Shown: positions 36,493-49,790 of the stretch, one piece after another
Numbering within the stretch: the stretch's first letter is position 1
Layout: each line of letters starts with the position of its first letter
NCBI RefSeq assembly: GCF_006345805.1
Contig: NW_021831752.1
Coordinates: 186,001-250,000, forward strand
DNA from: Octopus sinensis
Lineage: Eukaryota
DNA length: 64,000 bases
Reading direction: 5' to 3'
Notes under the pieces: generated by a model
What the model saw: the letters and a program-made list of their open reading frames with translations, nothing else
Told to the model about the DNA's origin: nothing
Databases searched by the model: none
Translations under genes and position numbers: made by a program

Positions 36493-38986
36493 TAAGTCAG
36501 GCCACTTTTATTATTACTTTGAAGTTCTTAAATTGATTTAGGAAAAGCGATTATTTTAAGACGGAAAATAAGTCAAGTTCGTTAACGAAATTACGGACTT
36601 GACTTTTTTTCCGTTTTGCGCTAAATTTCGAAATTTATAAGGGAATAATTTCAAAAATGGAAAAAAAGTAAAGCGGAAAAAAAGTCAAGTATTGAAAAAA
36701 ATTGTTAAAAATTAAAAGTTGCTATTATTGCGAAAAAGATACAATATAAACTTTATATTATAAAGTAAACAAAGACGACTTGACTTTTTTTCCACTTGAC
36801 TTTTTTTCCGCTTACGGACTTGACTTTTTTTCCACTTGACGTTTTTTCCGCTTGACTTTCTTTCCTACAATCCTTTTTTCAGGTTCGAATCTTATGTTTT
36901 TTATGGTATACATAAGCGAATCAAGATGCAGGCAAACGCACTCACCTGACACTTTTATTCCGTACTTATCTTGAATCTCTGCAGCCAATTGTTTGCAAGT
37001 AATTTTCGGATTTGACTCGACCATTTCTTGCATATAATCTCGTACGGTATTTGAAAATTTTGAATATCGAAAACCACCTCTTAAATAATCCTTAAAGCCT
37101 TCTTTTATCCACCTGTATGCAGTTGTTCTTTTTATTCCGAGAGAACATGCAACTTGATCCAATCCCCATCATTTTCGTAAACGGTCAATAAATTTTTTCT
37201 TTTTTCAGCTAATTCTTTCTTTTTATTAAAGTACATTTTGTAATGTAAGGCGATTTTAAATTAATACATGAATTCAATAACCGACTTAAAAATCCTTGAA
37301 CTTGAAAATCCCATATTTGAATTTGGAAAATTCCATTTTAAACTCGAAATCCCATATTAAATTTGGAAAATTCCACTTTGAACTTGGAAATCCCATATTG
37401 AATTTGGAAAATCCCACTTTGAACTTGGAAAGGTATAGTTTTGAAAAATCTACACAAAAGTTTAATTTCCCAACTGTAAAAAATTTCCAAAACAACAAGT
37501 TTTTTCGAAAGAATGTGGAACTTACCGTGTTTCACATCAAAATTTAACTATCGTTTTATCAGACTAGTGATAGTAATTTTTCATTTATTCATATTTACAG
37601 ATTAATAACTAGTAATATCCAGAAATTAGTTTTTGATATCGAGAATAAATACACACGTGTCGGAAAAGATGTTACCTCTAGTAAATTCTTGCTCATACTA
37701 TAATAATTAAGTAAAGCGACCTTGGTAATATTGGTGTTAAAAACTTAATCCAAAACTTAAATTTAGTAAAGTACAGTGATGCAATTAAACGTTAAGACTT
37801 ACAAGGTCACAAAATCCATACAATTACAAAAATAAAAATGCGACATTAAATCTTAATCGAAATATTTTATTACTTGGGGGCTAAGGACCTAATTTGTGTG
37901 AGTATCTAGTCCACAGAGTAAGAGAATATCACTCACAAATGTCTATAAATCTGATGAGTTTAATAAAATGATAGTGCGTAAAATAACGTGCCGGATTGGT
38001 ATAAATAGGGAGTTTTATCACGTTATTTGGAATGAAAAGGTGTCCAAGGTTCAATGAAGAAGAATTTGCCAGTTTTCGGAAAATAGATAATTCAAAATTT
38101 ACCGAATACAAAGGTTTGGTCGGTCTCTTACTGCCAGACTTTCAAGTGGACCCCAAAAATGAAGTGACTAGGGCAGTCCTACATGGATCAATGTCCCAGC
38201 CTAATGACACATTATCGTATTTCCTGTTATAATATAAAGCTAGATTTCAACAAAACAGTACGCCTTTCAAAAATGAGAGTTTGCAACATTTTTGTATCTT
38301 AGAATCTCAAAAATTGGCATATTTCTACTTCGAGTCGTAATTACTGGATTTAAACTTTTCTTGGTTTACTAATTCTTTAATGTTTTTGGAAATAAATCTG
38401 ACCTTCATTTTCTCTTACATTAATAATCTGCAATTATTGCTAAATCGAAATTACTAGCTTATGTGTTAAAAATGATTAATAACACAAATTGCTATGTATA
38501 TAGAAAGGCACTATTTTTATTCACAGATAAATTTAATTGGCAAAAAAGTATAAATTTGAAATTAAAGTTGCTATTTAAAACCCAATAAAGAACAAATATA
38601 GTATCCATCAATATCTACTAATGAAAATCATCCAGACAAATTAATAATTTAGTCATTGTCATCTTCATTCACACCATCATTTTCATTTCCGTTTTGATAT
38701 TTATAAAGCTAAATTTTGTTTTGCATTTTAGATTGGTTTTGAAAGTATCGTTGCTCTTTTTAGTATGCTCACAGTTCTCAATTTTCAAATATGACCTGCA
38801 TAATTTACAATTCAGGATAGGATTGGTGCGTTTACTGTAGCTCATGTGGCATAAATACTGCATTGAATCATATTCTCTAACACGTGGATTGCTAAAAATT
38901 TATTCTAATCTATAATTTCCCGTAAAAACTTCTGGTTACCTAACTACTGGTCAAAAGATCAAATAAACCTCTATTTTAATATAATG

Positions 38987-40318
38987 TTAGTTTATGCATA
39001 TAGTCTTGGGGTACATGTTACAATAGATATCCAATTCGGGAAATTTAGACTGGTTAAAGCAGGAGTGTTCAAATACGGACTGTTCTAGTCACGTTATATG
39101 ATCATTCCTGACCAATAACATGTTCAATGTCGGACGATTCTCTGGATTTTTCTGAAGACTACAACATGACTAACAAAACCAAAACCATGCATCTATTAGT
39201 TCGGAAAATTCGGCTGTAAAACCCACAGGAGGGAGTCTCGGCGGAGGCTGATCTTATAATAGACAAAATACCTCCGAGTTGATGTACTCAAGTAAATCAA
39301 AGATCGACATGATATGCTCCTCTTCAGTCGAATCGAACGTGCATATTTCTATAAGTAATATAAGTATGGTCACCCCCGAGAAGAATCCCTCGTTCTGCTG
39401 CCGCCCAGTGATCGGCAATGGTCATTCCAAACGTATCCTGATCAGAGAAGAAAGTCCGCGGTCTTGTGTCAATAGGATAGTATCCGACCCCCAACTCAAA
39501 TAGAGTCAGTCCTAGACTCCAAATGTCAGACTGGACCGAATAAACAGTCCCCAAAAGCCTTTCTGGCTACAAATTTGGAAAAGATGAGTACAGCCATGTA
39601 CGATTTAGTCCCCACAAATGAATTGGCCATCGAGTCGATTAGATATCCTGATACTCCGAAATCACACAACTTGAGCTCTCCTAAACTGTTGACGAGAATA
39701 TTAGAGGGTTTAATATCTGCAATAATCGTGTTCTATCTCACCTCTATGGATTATGTTGTGGTTCTTTCGCAAGTAGACAAGTCCTCGAATACACGACAGT
39801 CCCATTTTAGCGATTATTGGCTCGGGAAACCGACCAATCCGTTTCATCATTGTGTCAAGAGACCCCACGTCCTGTCGTTTTATCACCAAGGAATACCATA
39901 TACTCCATACAGATATGTAGTGCCGAGTCTGTGTAGAATGCCCCAAAGAACCCGATTATATGTGGAGATTGACATTCGTGGAGAACGTCCAATTCACGGA
40001 TTATTTGTGACCGAGCGGACTTTTTCACGTCCACGTGGATGATTTTGGTTGCCATGATTTGGGACGTTGGAGTGTGCCTTGTCTTGTTGACTATTCCTGC
40101 ACTTCCTGATCCGATTTCACATATTATTGTCACGTCGCTTTCTTTGATTTCATTTATCCAATTTTTTATGTTAATTGAGTTATTTGATAAACCCTCTTCA
40201 TTTCCAGTGGTCCCAGGACTACTTTTTTATTTAACTGAACAACCAACTTTTCTTGGGTGTCTCCGTTTTCAAATTTGGTTAGGTCGAGGCGTAGTCCTTT
40301 AATATTACGTGAACTCAT
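38987..40318 (-). CDS. MAP2K1: MAP kinase kinase MEK1/2
   Basis: [60 protein letters not shown]|PER, YINSE|PPP. Confidence 0.95.
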
Positions 40319-40899
40319 TCGTCACTAAATTCAATTTTGTAGGATTATCTCTTTAAATAAAAAAGAAATTATATTTTAATATACTCAAAAATGAATATCA
40401 AATTATAAAAATTATTACAAAATTAAATATTCAGCCTAATAATATATTGAAGGTTTATCAATTGCATAAAATGTGGTTAATTTTAAATGATCAAACCACA
40501 TTTTTGTTGACTTTTAATAAATTATATTCTGTCGGTTTTTTAGATTTCAATTATGCTTCATTCATTTTTCAAAAGTCAGCCTGGAAATAGAAAAAAATCT
40601 TATAAAATATATTCAAATAGTTTCACTCTCTTCAAAAACGAATTTTTTAAGAAAACGAACTTTCAGATTCTTCAATGTCATACACCCTGATGACTCTTAA
40701 ATAAAATTTAAATAAAGTCGAAATTTGTGAGATTTTGAAGAATAATGAATCGACCATAAATCAAAAAACTATATGTAAGAATTCCATTCTAAGTCTGGAA
40801 TTTTTTTAAGAATAAAAAATTATTTTAATGATATAGAGAAGTTAACTAAATTGATGAGTCTGGAATATCAAGGGGCTGGAATATGTATGCCGACAAGTA

Positions 40900-41460
40900 T
40901 ATTATTAGAACCAAGATCACCGTCCAAAACATAGAACTAATTAATCAGGTGCTCCCGGGTTTGCTGAGGAGGGTCCTCATCTTTGCCCGGTGCTGCACCC
41001 TAGTCCCGACTCAATTTCTATAAGGGCGCGGTGGTGGAGTTTTAGGGCCTGTAGGTCCATGGTTCCTTCCCAAGATTTCTTTAAATGAGGCGATTGATAG
41101 ATGTTAATTCTGTACTTGTAGTGCTTTCAGAAATCTTTCTTGAGTTTTTCGATTTTTTCACTGTTCGTTTCAGTGACAAACCCTCCCCACGCCCCACAAG
41201 CATAACTAATGAAGGGTTCGATGTATTGCCGGTATATTGATTAGCGTGTGGGGAAGCTGATCCATTGTTTGCATTTTCGGAGGAACACTTTTAAGATATT
41301 AAGTTTCTTCATGCAGCTAGTAGTAACATTTTCAATTTGTTGGGAGAAACACATATGACTATCGTAAGTCACGCCGAGGATTTTCTGGGATTTTTTAAAG
41401 GGGATTTCTATTTTGTTTAGATATAAGTTCACCACCATTTTCCCAAGCTTCCTTGCTGAA
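40900..41460 (-). mobile_element. 5'-truncated LINE, same family as 45804-46627
   Basis: ILGVTYDSHMCFSQQ, YRQYIEPFISYACGAW; (TAA)n tail; clearly alignable to the second copy. Confidence 0.88.
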
Positions 41461-41660
41461 GTCAGATTTTTCAGCTAATCAGTGATTAACAATGTTGGTC
41501 CTCTTTTTTAATATTCGAATTCTATGTTTTATTACTACATAAAGATTTAAAGTTTATAAAAAATGGAATTAATTATTACTTCTATAAGGTTTAAAAAAAT
41601 TGATAACATATTTATTCAAAAAATCTGTTAGTTATTATGCCAACAATGAATATATAATAA

Positions 41661-43059
41661 ATGATAGGGAATAGGTTGTACATTCTGATTTTAGTATTTA
41701 TATACTTATTAAACTACATCGATCGATTTCAAGTCGCCGGAGCTCTTCCAAAACTAAAAGAGTATTTCAATGTAACATATTCAACACTCGGTCTTGCCCA
41801 GAGTGTCTTTATCATTGCATTTATGTTCACTTCCCCGATTGCGGGGTATCTGGGAGACCGAGTCAGTCGAAAAAGAATAATAATTTTTGGACTATTTAGT
41901 TGGACTTTAATGACATATTTATCCTCACTTGCTCAAGAAGACAGTATTGAGTTATTTTTGGTTTGTCGAGCATTTGTTGGCATTGGAGAGGCATGTTTTG
42001 TTGCAGTGGTCCCTACAATCATTACTGATCTTTTTGAACAAAAAAATCGTGCTATTGCTTTTGGAGTCGTTTCTCTGACCATTCCAGTGGGCTCGGGGAT
42101 TGGTTATATAACCGGTTCTGTCATATCCGAACACCTCGGATGGAAATGGGCCTTTCGAATCACCCCAATATTCGGAGCCTTTCTTGTCCTTATCAGCTCC
42201 ATTTTGCTCTACGAGCCCGAAATTGGTCAAAATGACGATTTTTTGACAAAAACCACAACCAGTTATTCTAAAGACTTGAAAGTATTATTCACCAACAAAA
42301 CATATCTCCTAATCTTGTTGGGATGTATTGGAGTCACATTTTCCGGAGGGGCTCTTGGGTTTTGGATCCCCGCATATGCACAAGTGGTTCTCCAACACAT
42401 GTCTCCTAACACAGTGACTACAATTTGCGGAGTCATCATTTGCTGTGCGGGACTGACTGGTATATTCTTTTTGTCACATCAAAGGTGTGTTCATCGGGTC
42501 ACTTCTCTCAAAGAAACTCCAGCCAATATCTGTCTCATATGACCCAATTATTTGCGGATGTGGCCTGATTTGTGCATCTTTCTTCATATTTTATGCACTT
42601 TACATGCTGTTGTTTGAAATGTACAGCTCGTTTCTGGCCCTATTTCTTGGGGTTTCTGCCATGTGTGTTTGTTTTAGCATTAATGTGGATATGTTAATGG
42701 TTTTTTGAGTACATTAATGAGCAGTACATTGTTTCCCCACATCGTCGGGCCACATCTTCTGCAATAAATATATTTTTTCAACACGCTCTGGGAGATGCAG
42801 CAAGTACGTACATTGTTGGCCTGGTTGTATCGCTCATTTGTTTATTGACATGTAGATAGCAACTCAAACTAAAAAACACGATGAAATAAATATAAATAAT
42901 GATAGTAAGTATATCAGATGGGGTTTGTTGACGACTGTTTTTGTTTGTGCTCTTGGAGGATGTGCTTTTCTGGCGGCTTCCTTTTTTATAGAAAAGGACC
43001 ATTCACGGGTTGTTGATGGTATAGATGAAATGAAAGAAGCACTTGTTGATAATATATAG
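41661..43059 (+). CDS. SPNS: Spinster-family MFS transporter, paralogue 1
   Basis: LLNYIDRF, GYLGDR.SRK, RAFVGIGEA, PVGSGIGY, WKWAFR, HALGDAAS; three micro-introns at the 3' end. Confidence 0.92.
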
Positions 43060-43124
43060 ATAACATATTTTACTATTAAATTAACTATTGTATTTTACTT
43101 ATTGGCTTGGTTGTATCGCTCACT

Positions 43125-45790
43125 AAAAGAGCCCTGGCGCTCATTTCTGATTGGCATTGTCGGGCATGTCTCCAACCAGAGAATGCGACAAACTCTCCCA
43201 CACGCTACCCTTCCAAACATGCCCCACTAGACCATCAGGGAATACTTGAATTGATATCAAGCCTGACACATACACGAAGACTCCTAATCAGGATTCCCAA
43301 AGCTGCCCGTATATCTGTCGCGGACTGTCTATGTGAGTGTATCGAAAAGACAGTTTCTTCGGACGACTCTGAAGATTGGTTACGACTATTTTGCTTTGCC
43401 CCATTTACACTATGCATACCCCATAGGAGGGGGAAAGAAGAGAAATCACTTACGTCATTAGTAAAGGAGAACGTCCGAACATTCGTCTCAAGGAACCTAT
43501 TCGCAGACTCAGAGAAGCCTACCTACAAACCCCAAAATGAGAAGCCTATCTCTGACACTCAGAGACTACGAAGTGCGATCCGTCGAAAACTTTTGGAAGG
43601 TGGAATACGTGCTGCTGTGAGGACTCTGGCAGACCAACACCGTATAATTGAGCCGTCTGAACAGTCCTATGCATCACTTGTTGAACGTCACCCAAGTCCC
43701 CCAGACGACCATCGGATTCCTCCTTGCCCAGGACAATTACCCAATCTACTTGTCTCCGAAGAAGACGTAAAAGATGGGATTCTCTCCTTTGTACCGAGCA
43801 GCAGTGGTGGACTAGATGGGCTCCGTCCGGGCCACCTCAAAGATCTTATTGGTCGCAACACGGGCAATTCTGGGGTCCGGCTCCTGCTGGCTATCACCAA
43901 ACTAATGAACAGGATGCTATCAGGGACACTGCCAGAAACAATTCGACATGTAATGTTCTCTGCCAAGCTAATCGCATTCGACAAGAAGAGAGGGGGAATA
44001 CGCCCTATTGCTGTTGGACTGGTCTTTCGTCGTTTGGCCTCAAAGCTTGTTGGCAGAGCAATCCTGCCTACGTTGATAACACAATTACAACCAGCCCAAA
44101 TTGGGGTCGGTTCACCGGGGGGTTGTGAAGCGGCAGTTCATGCTGTCCGAACATTCACCGAAAAGAACGAGGACACTCCTTTTGTAATCGTCAAAATCGA
44201 CATTAAAAACGCCTTCAACTCGATACGACGTGACACAATTCTGCAGGACTGCCTCACACATTACCCATCAGTGTACAGCTATATTCATAGCTCTTATGGA
44301 AAACCATCGAGTTTGGTGCACTGCCAATATCACATCCCATCGTGTTCTGGAGTCCAACAAGGAGACCCATTGGGCCCTGCCTTGTTCAGCCTGGGAATTG
44401 CTCGTGTCACCAAATATTGTTCGACTCCTCTGAGGGTATGGTATTTGGATGATTGCACAATGGGCGGCCAGCCGAAGGATGTGCTAGATTGCCTAAAAAG
44501 TCTGATAGCCCAATTGGAATCCCTATGCCTAACCCTGAACACCAATAAGTGCGAAGTAATCAATTTTGGATTTCCGCAGCCTAAATGGGACCTGATTCTT
44601 GAAACATTCAGAGAGATCATCCCTAAAGCCACAGAAACCAAACCAGAACAACTAGAAATACTTGGATGCCTTCTCACTGATGCAGGAATCAGTAACACTT
44701 TAATAACAAAAGAACATCAACTAAAAACAACTTTAAGACGTTTGGAGTTGCTAGACGCACATACCTCCCTATTCCTGCTAAAAAACGCCTTGTCAGCACA
44801 GAAACTAAATTACGTTCTTCGGGGTGCACCCTGCTACCTGAAAACGCAACAGCTCGACAATATCGATTGTCTCTTTCGGACCACAATTGAACGCATTACG
44901 AATGTGAAATTCGACGACCAAGGGTGGGACCAAGCGACCCTACCCGTTAACCTGGGCGGACTGGGAATCCCTTCTCCGAATGATCTGGCTTGCCCCGCAT
45001 ATCTATCCTCTTTGGACTCCAGCCAACTGCTGATCAGGATGATTCTCCAACTCCAAACTGAATCATCTGAAATCACAGAGATAGAGCATTCGAGAGGGAT
45101 GATGCCTGAGCAGAAAAATCGTTACAAGACCATCTGCGAGGATAAATACGAGAGGCTTCTGAACCAGTCAAACCAACACAGACGTGCCTGTCTAGTGACT
45201 GGAAGATGCGAATCGAGTGGAGCTTGGATCAATGCACTCCCCGTTGATAGTGTCGGAACTCACTTTGACGACGATACTGTCCGCATTGGCATCAGCACCA
45301 GACTTGGACTGGAGATTTGTCGGACTCACAAATGCCGGTGTGGGGCCACCGTCGATTGTTACCATGCTCTCTCTTGTCGAAGAAGTGCAGGACGATTTCC
45401 AAGACACAAGGCGATCAACAAAATTGTCAAGCGAGCCCTGGAGTCTGCAGGATACCCAGCCGTACTTGAACCGGTCGGGCTTGACCAAGGAGATGAAAAA
45501 CGTCCTGATGGGATCACAATTTTCCTATGCAGCGGAAAAAACGATGAGGGCAAAGGAGAGAAAATATGAAGCGCTGCGAGATCGATTCGTGTTCTGTCCG
45601 ATTGTGGTCGAGACAACTGGAGGAATAAGTGGGAAATCGCTTCGCTTCCTAAAGAAGCACATTAAAAAGCCACGACACGCGTGAGACCCGGTGGCTTCTC
45701 CAGTTGATCTCCGTTGCTATCGTGAGAGGCAACGCAACGTCAATTATGTTGGAGGGGTCCACTTCGGATAGATGGCTTTATTAGCTAATT
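43125..45790 (+). mobile_element. CRE-clade non-LTR retrotransposon, 5'-truncated, ~800-aa open RT with a deletion in the REL domain
   Basis: GIRPIAVG, GVG.PGGCEAAVH, IDIKNAFNS, GVQQGDPLGP, WYLDD, CRC..H..SC knuckle, RPDG; the PW..GK.LVWD segment is missing and the frame shifts before KY..F.PIVVETTG. Confidence 0.92.
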
Positions 45791-45803
45791 AGTTTCTTTT
45801 TAT

Positions 45804-46627
45804 TATTATTATTAGAACCAAGATCACTGTCCAAAACATAAAACTAATTAATCAGGTGATCCCGGCTTCTCTGAGGAGGGTCCTCAGCTTTGCCCGGTGC
45901 TCCTCCCTTGTCCCGGCACAATTTCTGTGAGGGCGCGGTGGTGGTGTTTTAGGCCCTGTAGCCCCGAGGTTTCTTCTCAAGATTTCATTAAATGGGGCGT
46001 TTACGAAGAAACACTTTCAAGATGTTCAGTTTCTTCATGCACCTCGTAGTAATATTATCGACTTGTTGAGAGAAACACATATGACTGTCGTAAGTCACCC
46101 CGAGGATTTTCTGAGATTTTTGAAACGGGATTTCCATGTTATTTAGGTACAGGTTCACCACCGTTTTTCCAAGCTTTTTTGCTGAGGTCATAAGCGTAGT
46201 GACCGATTTTTCCGGACTCGTTGATAGTCGGTTTAGCGAGAGCCAACTTTCGAGATTGTTAAGGTGGTTCTGCAGTTTTGTACTCGCCGTGTTCACCTCA
46301 CGGCTCCGGGTAGCAATTACGATATCGTCAGCGTATGATAAAATGATTGAGTCTTTGTCGTTTGGTAGCGGTAGATCCGATAAGAATAAGTTGAACAGGG
46401 CTGGTGAAAAGGGGGAGCCTTGAGGGACCCCGTTTGGAAAGTATCGAGACATCAATCTTGTATTGTTTTGTTGGATTCTGCCTCTTCGGCCGCTGAGGAA
46501 GTTAGCTAACCATATTTTCAGTCTTGGGTGAATTCCACTAAGGTATATTTTCCTGGTCAGTATTTTTCTGGGAACGGAGTCAAAAGCCTTATGGATATCC
46601 ACTGAGCACATAACCGTTTTTTGGTTA
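45804..46627 (-). mobile_element. 5'-truncated LINE with 14-bp TSD
   Basis: TSD tagtttctttttat at 45790-45803 and 46628-46641; RT motifs DIHKAFDSV, GVPQGS, YADD; (TAA)n tail. Confidence 0.93.
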
Positions 46628-46746
46628 TAGTTTCTTTTTATATTTGTTTTTACTTATACTATTACACATGGTTAATTTAATTTTGAAATAAATATTTAAA
46701 TCAGTTCGTTTTACCACGTTTGTTATTAGTTTAGGTTTTCTTTGTG

Positions 46747-47694
46747 ATGACAGAAAAATCTCCCCCAAATCAAAGAAATATTCTTTTTGCAGGTGGATGT
46801 GCAGGGATTGCCGAACACACAATCATGTTCCCTGTTGATCTCATTAAAGTATGCCTACACGTGCAAATCCTTTACAGACTCGCCTCCAATCAATGGCCAA
46901 AAACGACGTCTATAAGAATACCAGAGACGCCTTTACAACAATCGGAAAACTTGAAGGCTTCCGTGGACTTACTCGCGGAATCAACGTCGTATTTTTATTC
47001 ACCGGCCCTGCCCATGCCATGTACTTCTCTACCTACGAAATGGCCAAGAAAAATATCCCCAACTACAAGTTTGGGGGAAATTTTGGTATTTTAATTTGTC
47101 TTATATATTCAGCTCTTGCTGGAATGACTGCATATCTTGTCCACGATTTATTTATGAATCCTGCCGAAGGTCATTTTTTGGATTATTTTAGTGGTCAAAC
47201 AACGAATGCAAATGATTAATTCTCGTTATTCCACAATTTCCGAAACTTTCCGTTCTATCTACTTGAATGAAGGACTTGTTGGATTCTACCGGTCTTTGCC
47301 TGTGGCCTTTTTTATAAATCTGCCGTATGGAATGATACATTTCCCTGCTTATGAGTTGATTTCCAGAAAGTTGCAAGGATCAAACGAATCGCATTTTGTT
47401 TATAATTTAATTGCTGGTGGATTCGCGGGAGGTTTGGCGGCTGGGTTGACAACTCCCTTCGATGTGGTGCGGACATTAATGAACACACAAGAACAGTGTG
47501 TCACTTCCATTGGAGGGACTGTCAATTTGAGGAACGCTGCATTTACTATCTATAACTGTAAGGGATTTCGAGGATTCTGGAAGGGTCTTTGGCCACGCGT
47601 TCTTTACGCGTTTCCAAGTGCTAGTATTTGCTGGTCGACTTATGAGATTTTAAAGAGATTTTTTGTTCTACCAGACGAGCCAATGTTTGATTGA
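46747..47694 (+). CDS. SLC25A37: Mitoferrin (SLC25A37/28-type mitochondrial iron carrier)
   Basis: AGIAEHTIMFPVDLIK|TRLQ, GPAHAMYFSTYE, HDLFMNPAE|VVKQRMQ, TTPFDVVRT. Confidence 0.9.
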
Positions 47695-48024
47695 GTCAAA
47701 TCATTCTTTTGTTCATCAAAGTGTTAATAATGGATTTCAATATCGATCAATCTAATTATAATTTCATTTATTTGTTTAATAATTTGTATTGTGCATTCTG
47801 ATTAGACAACTATTTTTAGTGGAATCGAATTTGAATTTTTAATTAACTTTATTAACATCTTCATCGAATACTATCAACACAAAAAGCGACGTAAAAAATG
47901 TGTAATTAATGTTGTTTTATTACAAAAGACAAAAAAGATAAATTAATTCTTGGATACAGGCGATATAAAATTTTTGAGAAATTAAAATATCTTGGATTAT
48001 CTATTAACCCATGGGAATCTTTCA

Positions 48025-48445
48025 GAGTGTATACGGAAAGAAAGTCAAGCGGAAAAAAGTCAGATGGAAAAGTCGTCTTTGTTTACTTTATATCTTATTT
48101 TTATTGCAATAATACGAACTTTTAATTTTTAACAATTTTTTTAATACATGACCTTTTTCCGCTTGACTTTTCTTTCATTTTTAAAGCCCATAATTTTGTT
48201 ATTGAACTTGACCTTTTTCGTCTTGAAATAATCGCTATTTAAATCAGTTTAAGAATTTCAAGGTAATAATAAAATTAAGTATTTCAAAGTAATAATTTTC
48301 TTTGGGAAATCTTTTAGGCTTAATCAATTTCAAGGCGTATCTTCAATATTCAGCATGACGCGAAAATAAGTGACAAATGGAGATAATTTTATCTAACAAA
48401 GGATTTTAAAAATGTTTCTAAGGTTATATGTATATAAGGGACTTG
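48025..48445 (+). mobile_element. 5' fragment of a MULE related to 30432-36872
   Basis: Same ggaaagaaagtcaagcgg TIR start, 5' leader without the Tc1 insertion, and MEII.SNKG transposase start. Confidence 0.8.
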
Positions 48446-48789
48446 ACAACAAAAAAATTGAATAATTTTTAATATATTTAAAAAACCCCTTTGAAGAGGA
48501 CCATCTTACAGAAAGACAGCACATCTTCTTAACGATGCCGAGATTAACCGGAGGTCCCCTTGAAGAGGAGTATTTTGCCTATGAGAAGTGTGCTAGGAAA
48601 TTTGAAAAAAACCATCCCTTTTTGGACGTGGATTAAGAACTCGAGACAAAGAAAAGATAAAAGGAGACGCACTGACACCGGGATCACTTGATTAGACGAT
48701 TACTATTCCTCTTTCTTGTGTTCTCGGGGTTAAACAATAATAATTTAAAAAAGGTAATATTTACTTGAAATTATTAAATTACAACGAAA

Positions 48790-48985
48790 AGTTTGCTAAA
48801 AAACGTTTTTACAACAACCGAAAATTTGAAAATTTGAATAAAATCAATTGGAAGTAATTCGGATAGCACGTTCCAAAAACTTTTGTTTGCCAGGATCAAT
48901 TATTATCGCAAAAGCTACAGAATTTGCTAAAGTACTGGGAGAAAATGATTTTAAAGCTTCTACTGTCTGATTATGCAGGTGGAAG
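48790..48985 (+). mobile_element. pogo/Tigger (CENP-B HTH) fragment
   Basis: PGSIIIAKATEFAKVLGENDFKAS..L.RWK.R. Confidence 0.7.
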
Positions 48986-48989
48986 TCCC

Positions 48990-49790
48990 GCTACTCAATC
49001 CAGACGTACTGATGAAAAAGCAAATGTTGACAGTGATGTTGTTTCTGACTGGATAAACTTGTACCTTTTCTAAAGAAGAATATCAACCAGAAGGAAAGAG
49101 CATGGATTCCCGAATGTATCCATCGTTGATCCATATTGGCAGAGGTGGAAATTAAACATTGGTAGTCCGAGACGAAGGCAGATTCCCAAACAGAATGCAT
49201 CAGAGTCGATGTAGGTATCCAAATGGTTATATCCATATGAAAGAAAAACAAATGACAGCAATAAAGGAATTCTGTCTTTACAAACTTTATGTAGATGCTT
49301 TTTGTTGAGAGAATTGAACGCATTCTAACATCCAATTTTAATAATAGCCGAGACTGTTCAGAGAGACGAAATGATTCAATGAACAATTAGTTGTTTTTGT
49401 TGGAGGGGTTTTATCAAACTTTATTATTTATGAAGAATTTCTGTCATTATCGTCACTTCAACTCTCTGCAAAAGAAATAGACATATTTTAATCATTTTGT
49501 CAAGTTTTTGAAGAAACAAGTCTTGATTTTTGCAAAATTGATTTCTACTTCTAAAAATGGGAGCGCTTCGATGATTGGTGACAAATGCTGTCTTAAAGGT
49601 CATATGATACTTCGCTTTTTTAGTTACAGCACAATGTGCTGTTTTTTAACAAAAAGTTTAATTCAGAGGAAATAAAAGTGTGATGCCATGATTTGCAAAC
49701 AATTTGTGAATTCCTTAGCGATCCGTCAGAGAGGGAGAATGCTGGGAGCCGACCAAATTATTGTTAAAAATTATGGCGCCCCTAATAGGA
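48990..49790 (-). mobile_element. Degenerate CRE-like fragment
   Basis: DSDAFCLGICLRLGLP...LCQYGSTMDTFGN matches the knuckle region of the 43-kb element. Confidence 0.72.

Larger units (their letters stand above)
30432..36872 (-). mobile_element. FLYWCH-MULE (Mutator-like) element with long modular TIRs
   Basis: 8-bp TSD cttttttc (30424-30431, 36873-36880); ~260-280 bp inverted repeats; transposase from 34957 to 31086 with FLYWCH, WYMDGNF, IMADFE, RTNNYCEGWN; several frameshifts. Confidence 0.9.
30012..37435 (-). mobile_element. IS630/Tc1-mariner-like DDE element (outer layer of nest), split by a MULE
   Basis: TIRs start TACCTTTCC with ~20-bp subrepeats; TA TSD in a cTAg target. HTH half (37170-36873) rejoins in frame to ILFIDKSNFNL...SKGANIH...RRGS...LIID (30431-30085); C-terminal catalytic part deleted. 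Confidence 0.85.

Noticed and set aside
36881-36892. GGTTCGAATC tRNA T-loop-like motif
   Set aside because: It lies inside the IS630-like coding region and has no cloverleaf.
39250-39285. Non-canonical intron in MEK
   Set aside because: A canonical 24-nt GT...CAG intron restores YINSEPPP.
14179-47694. Iron-metabolism cluster (FBXL5 + mitoferrin)
   Set aside because: The genes are 31 kb apart with many unrelated genes between; likely coincidence.
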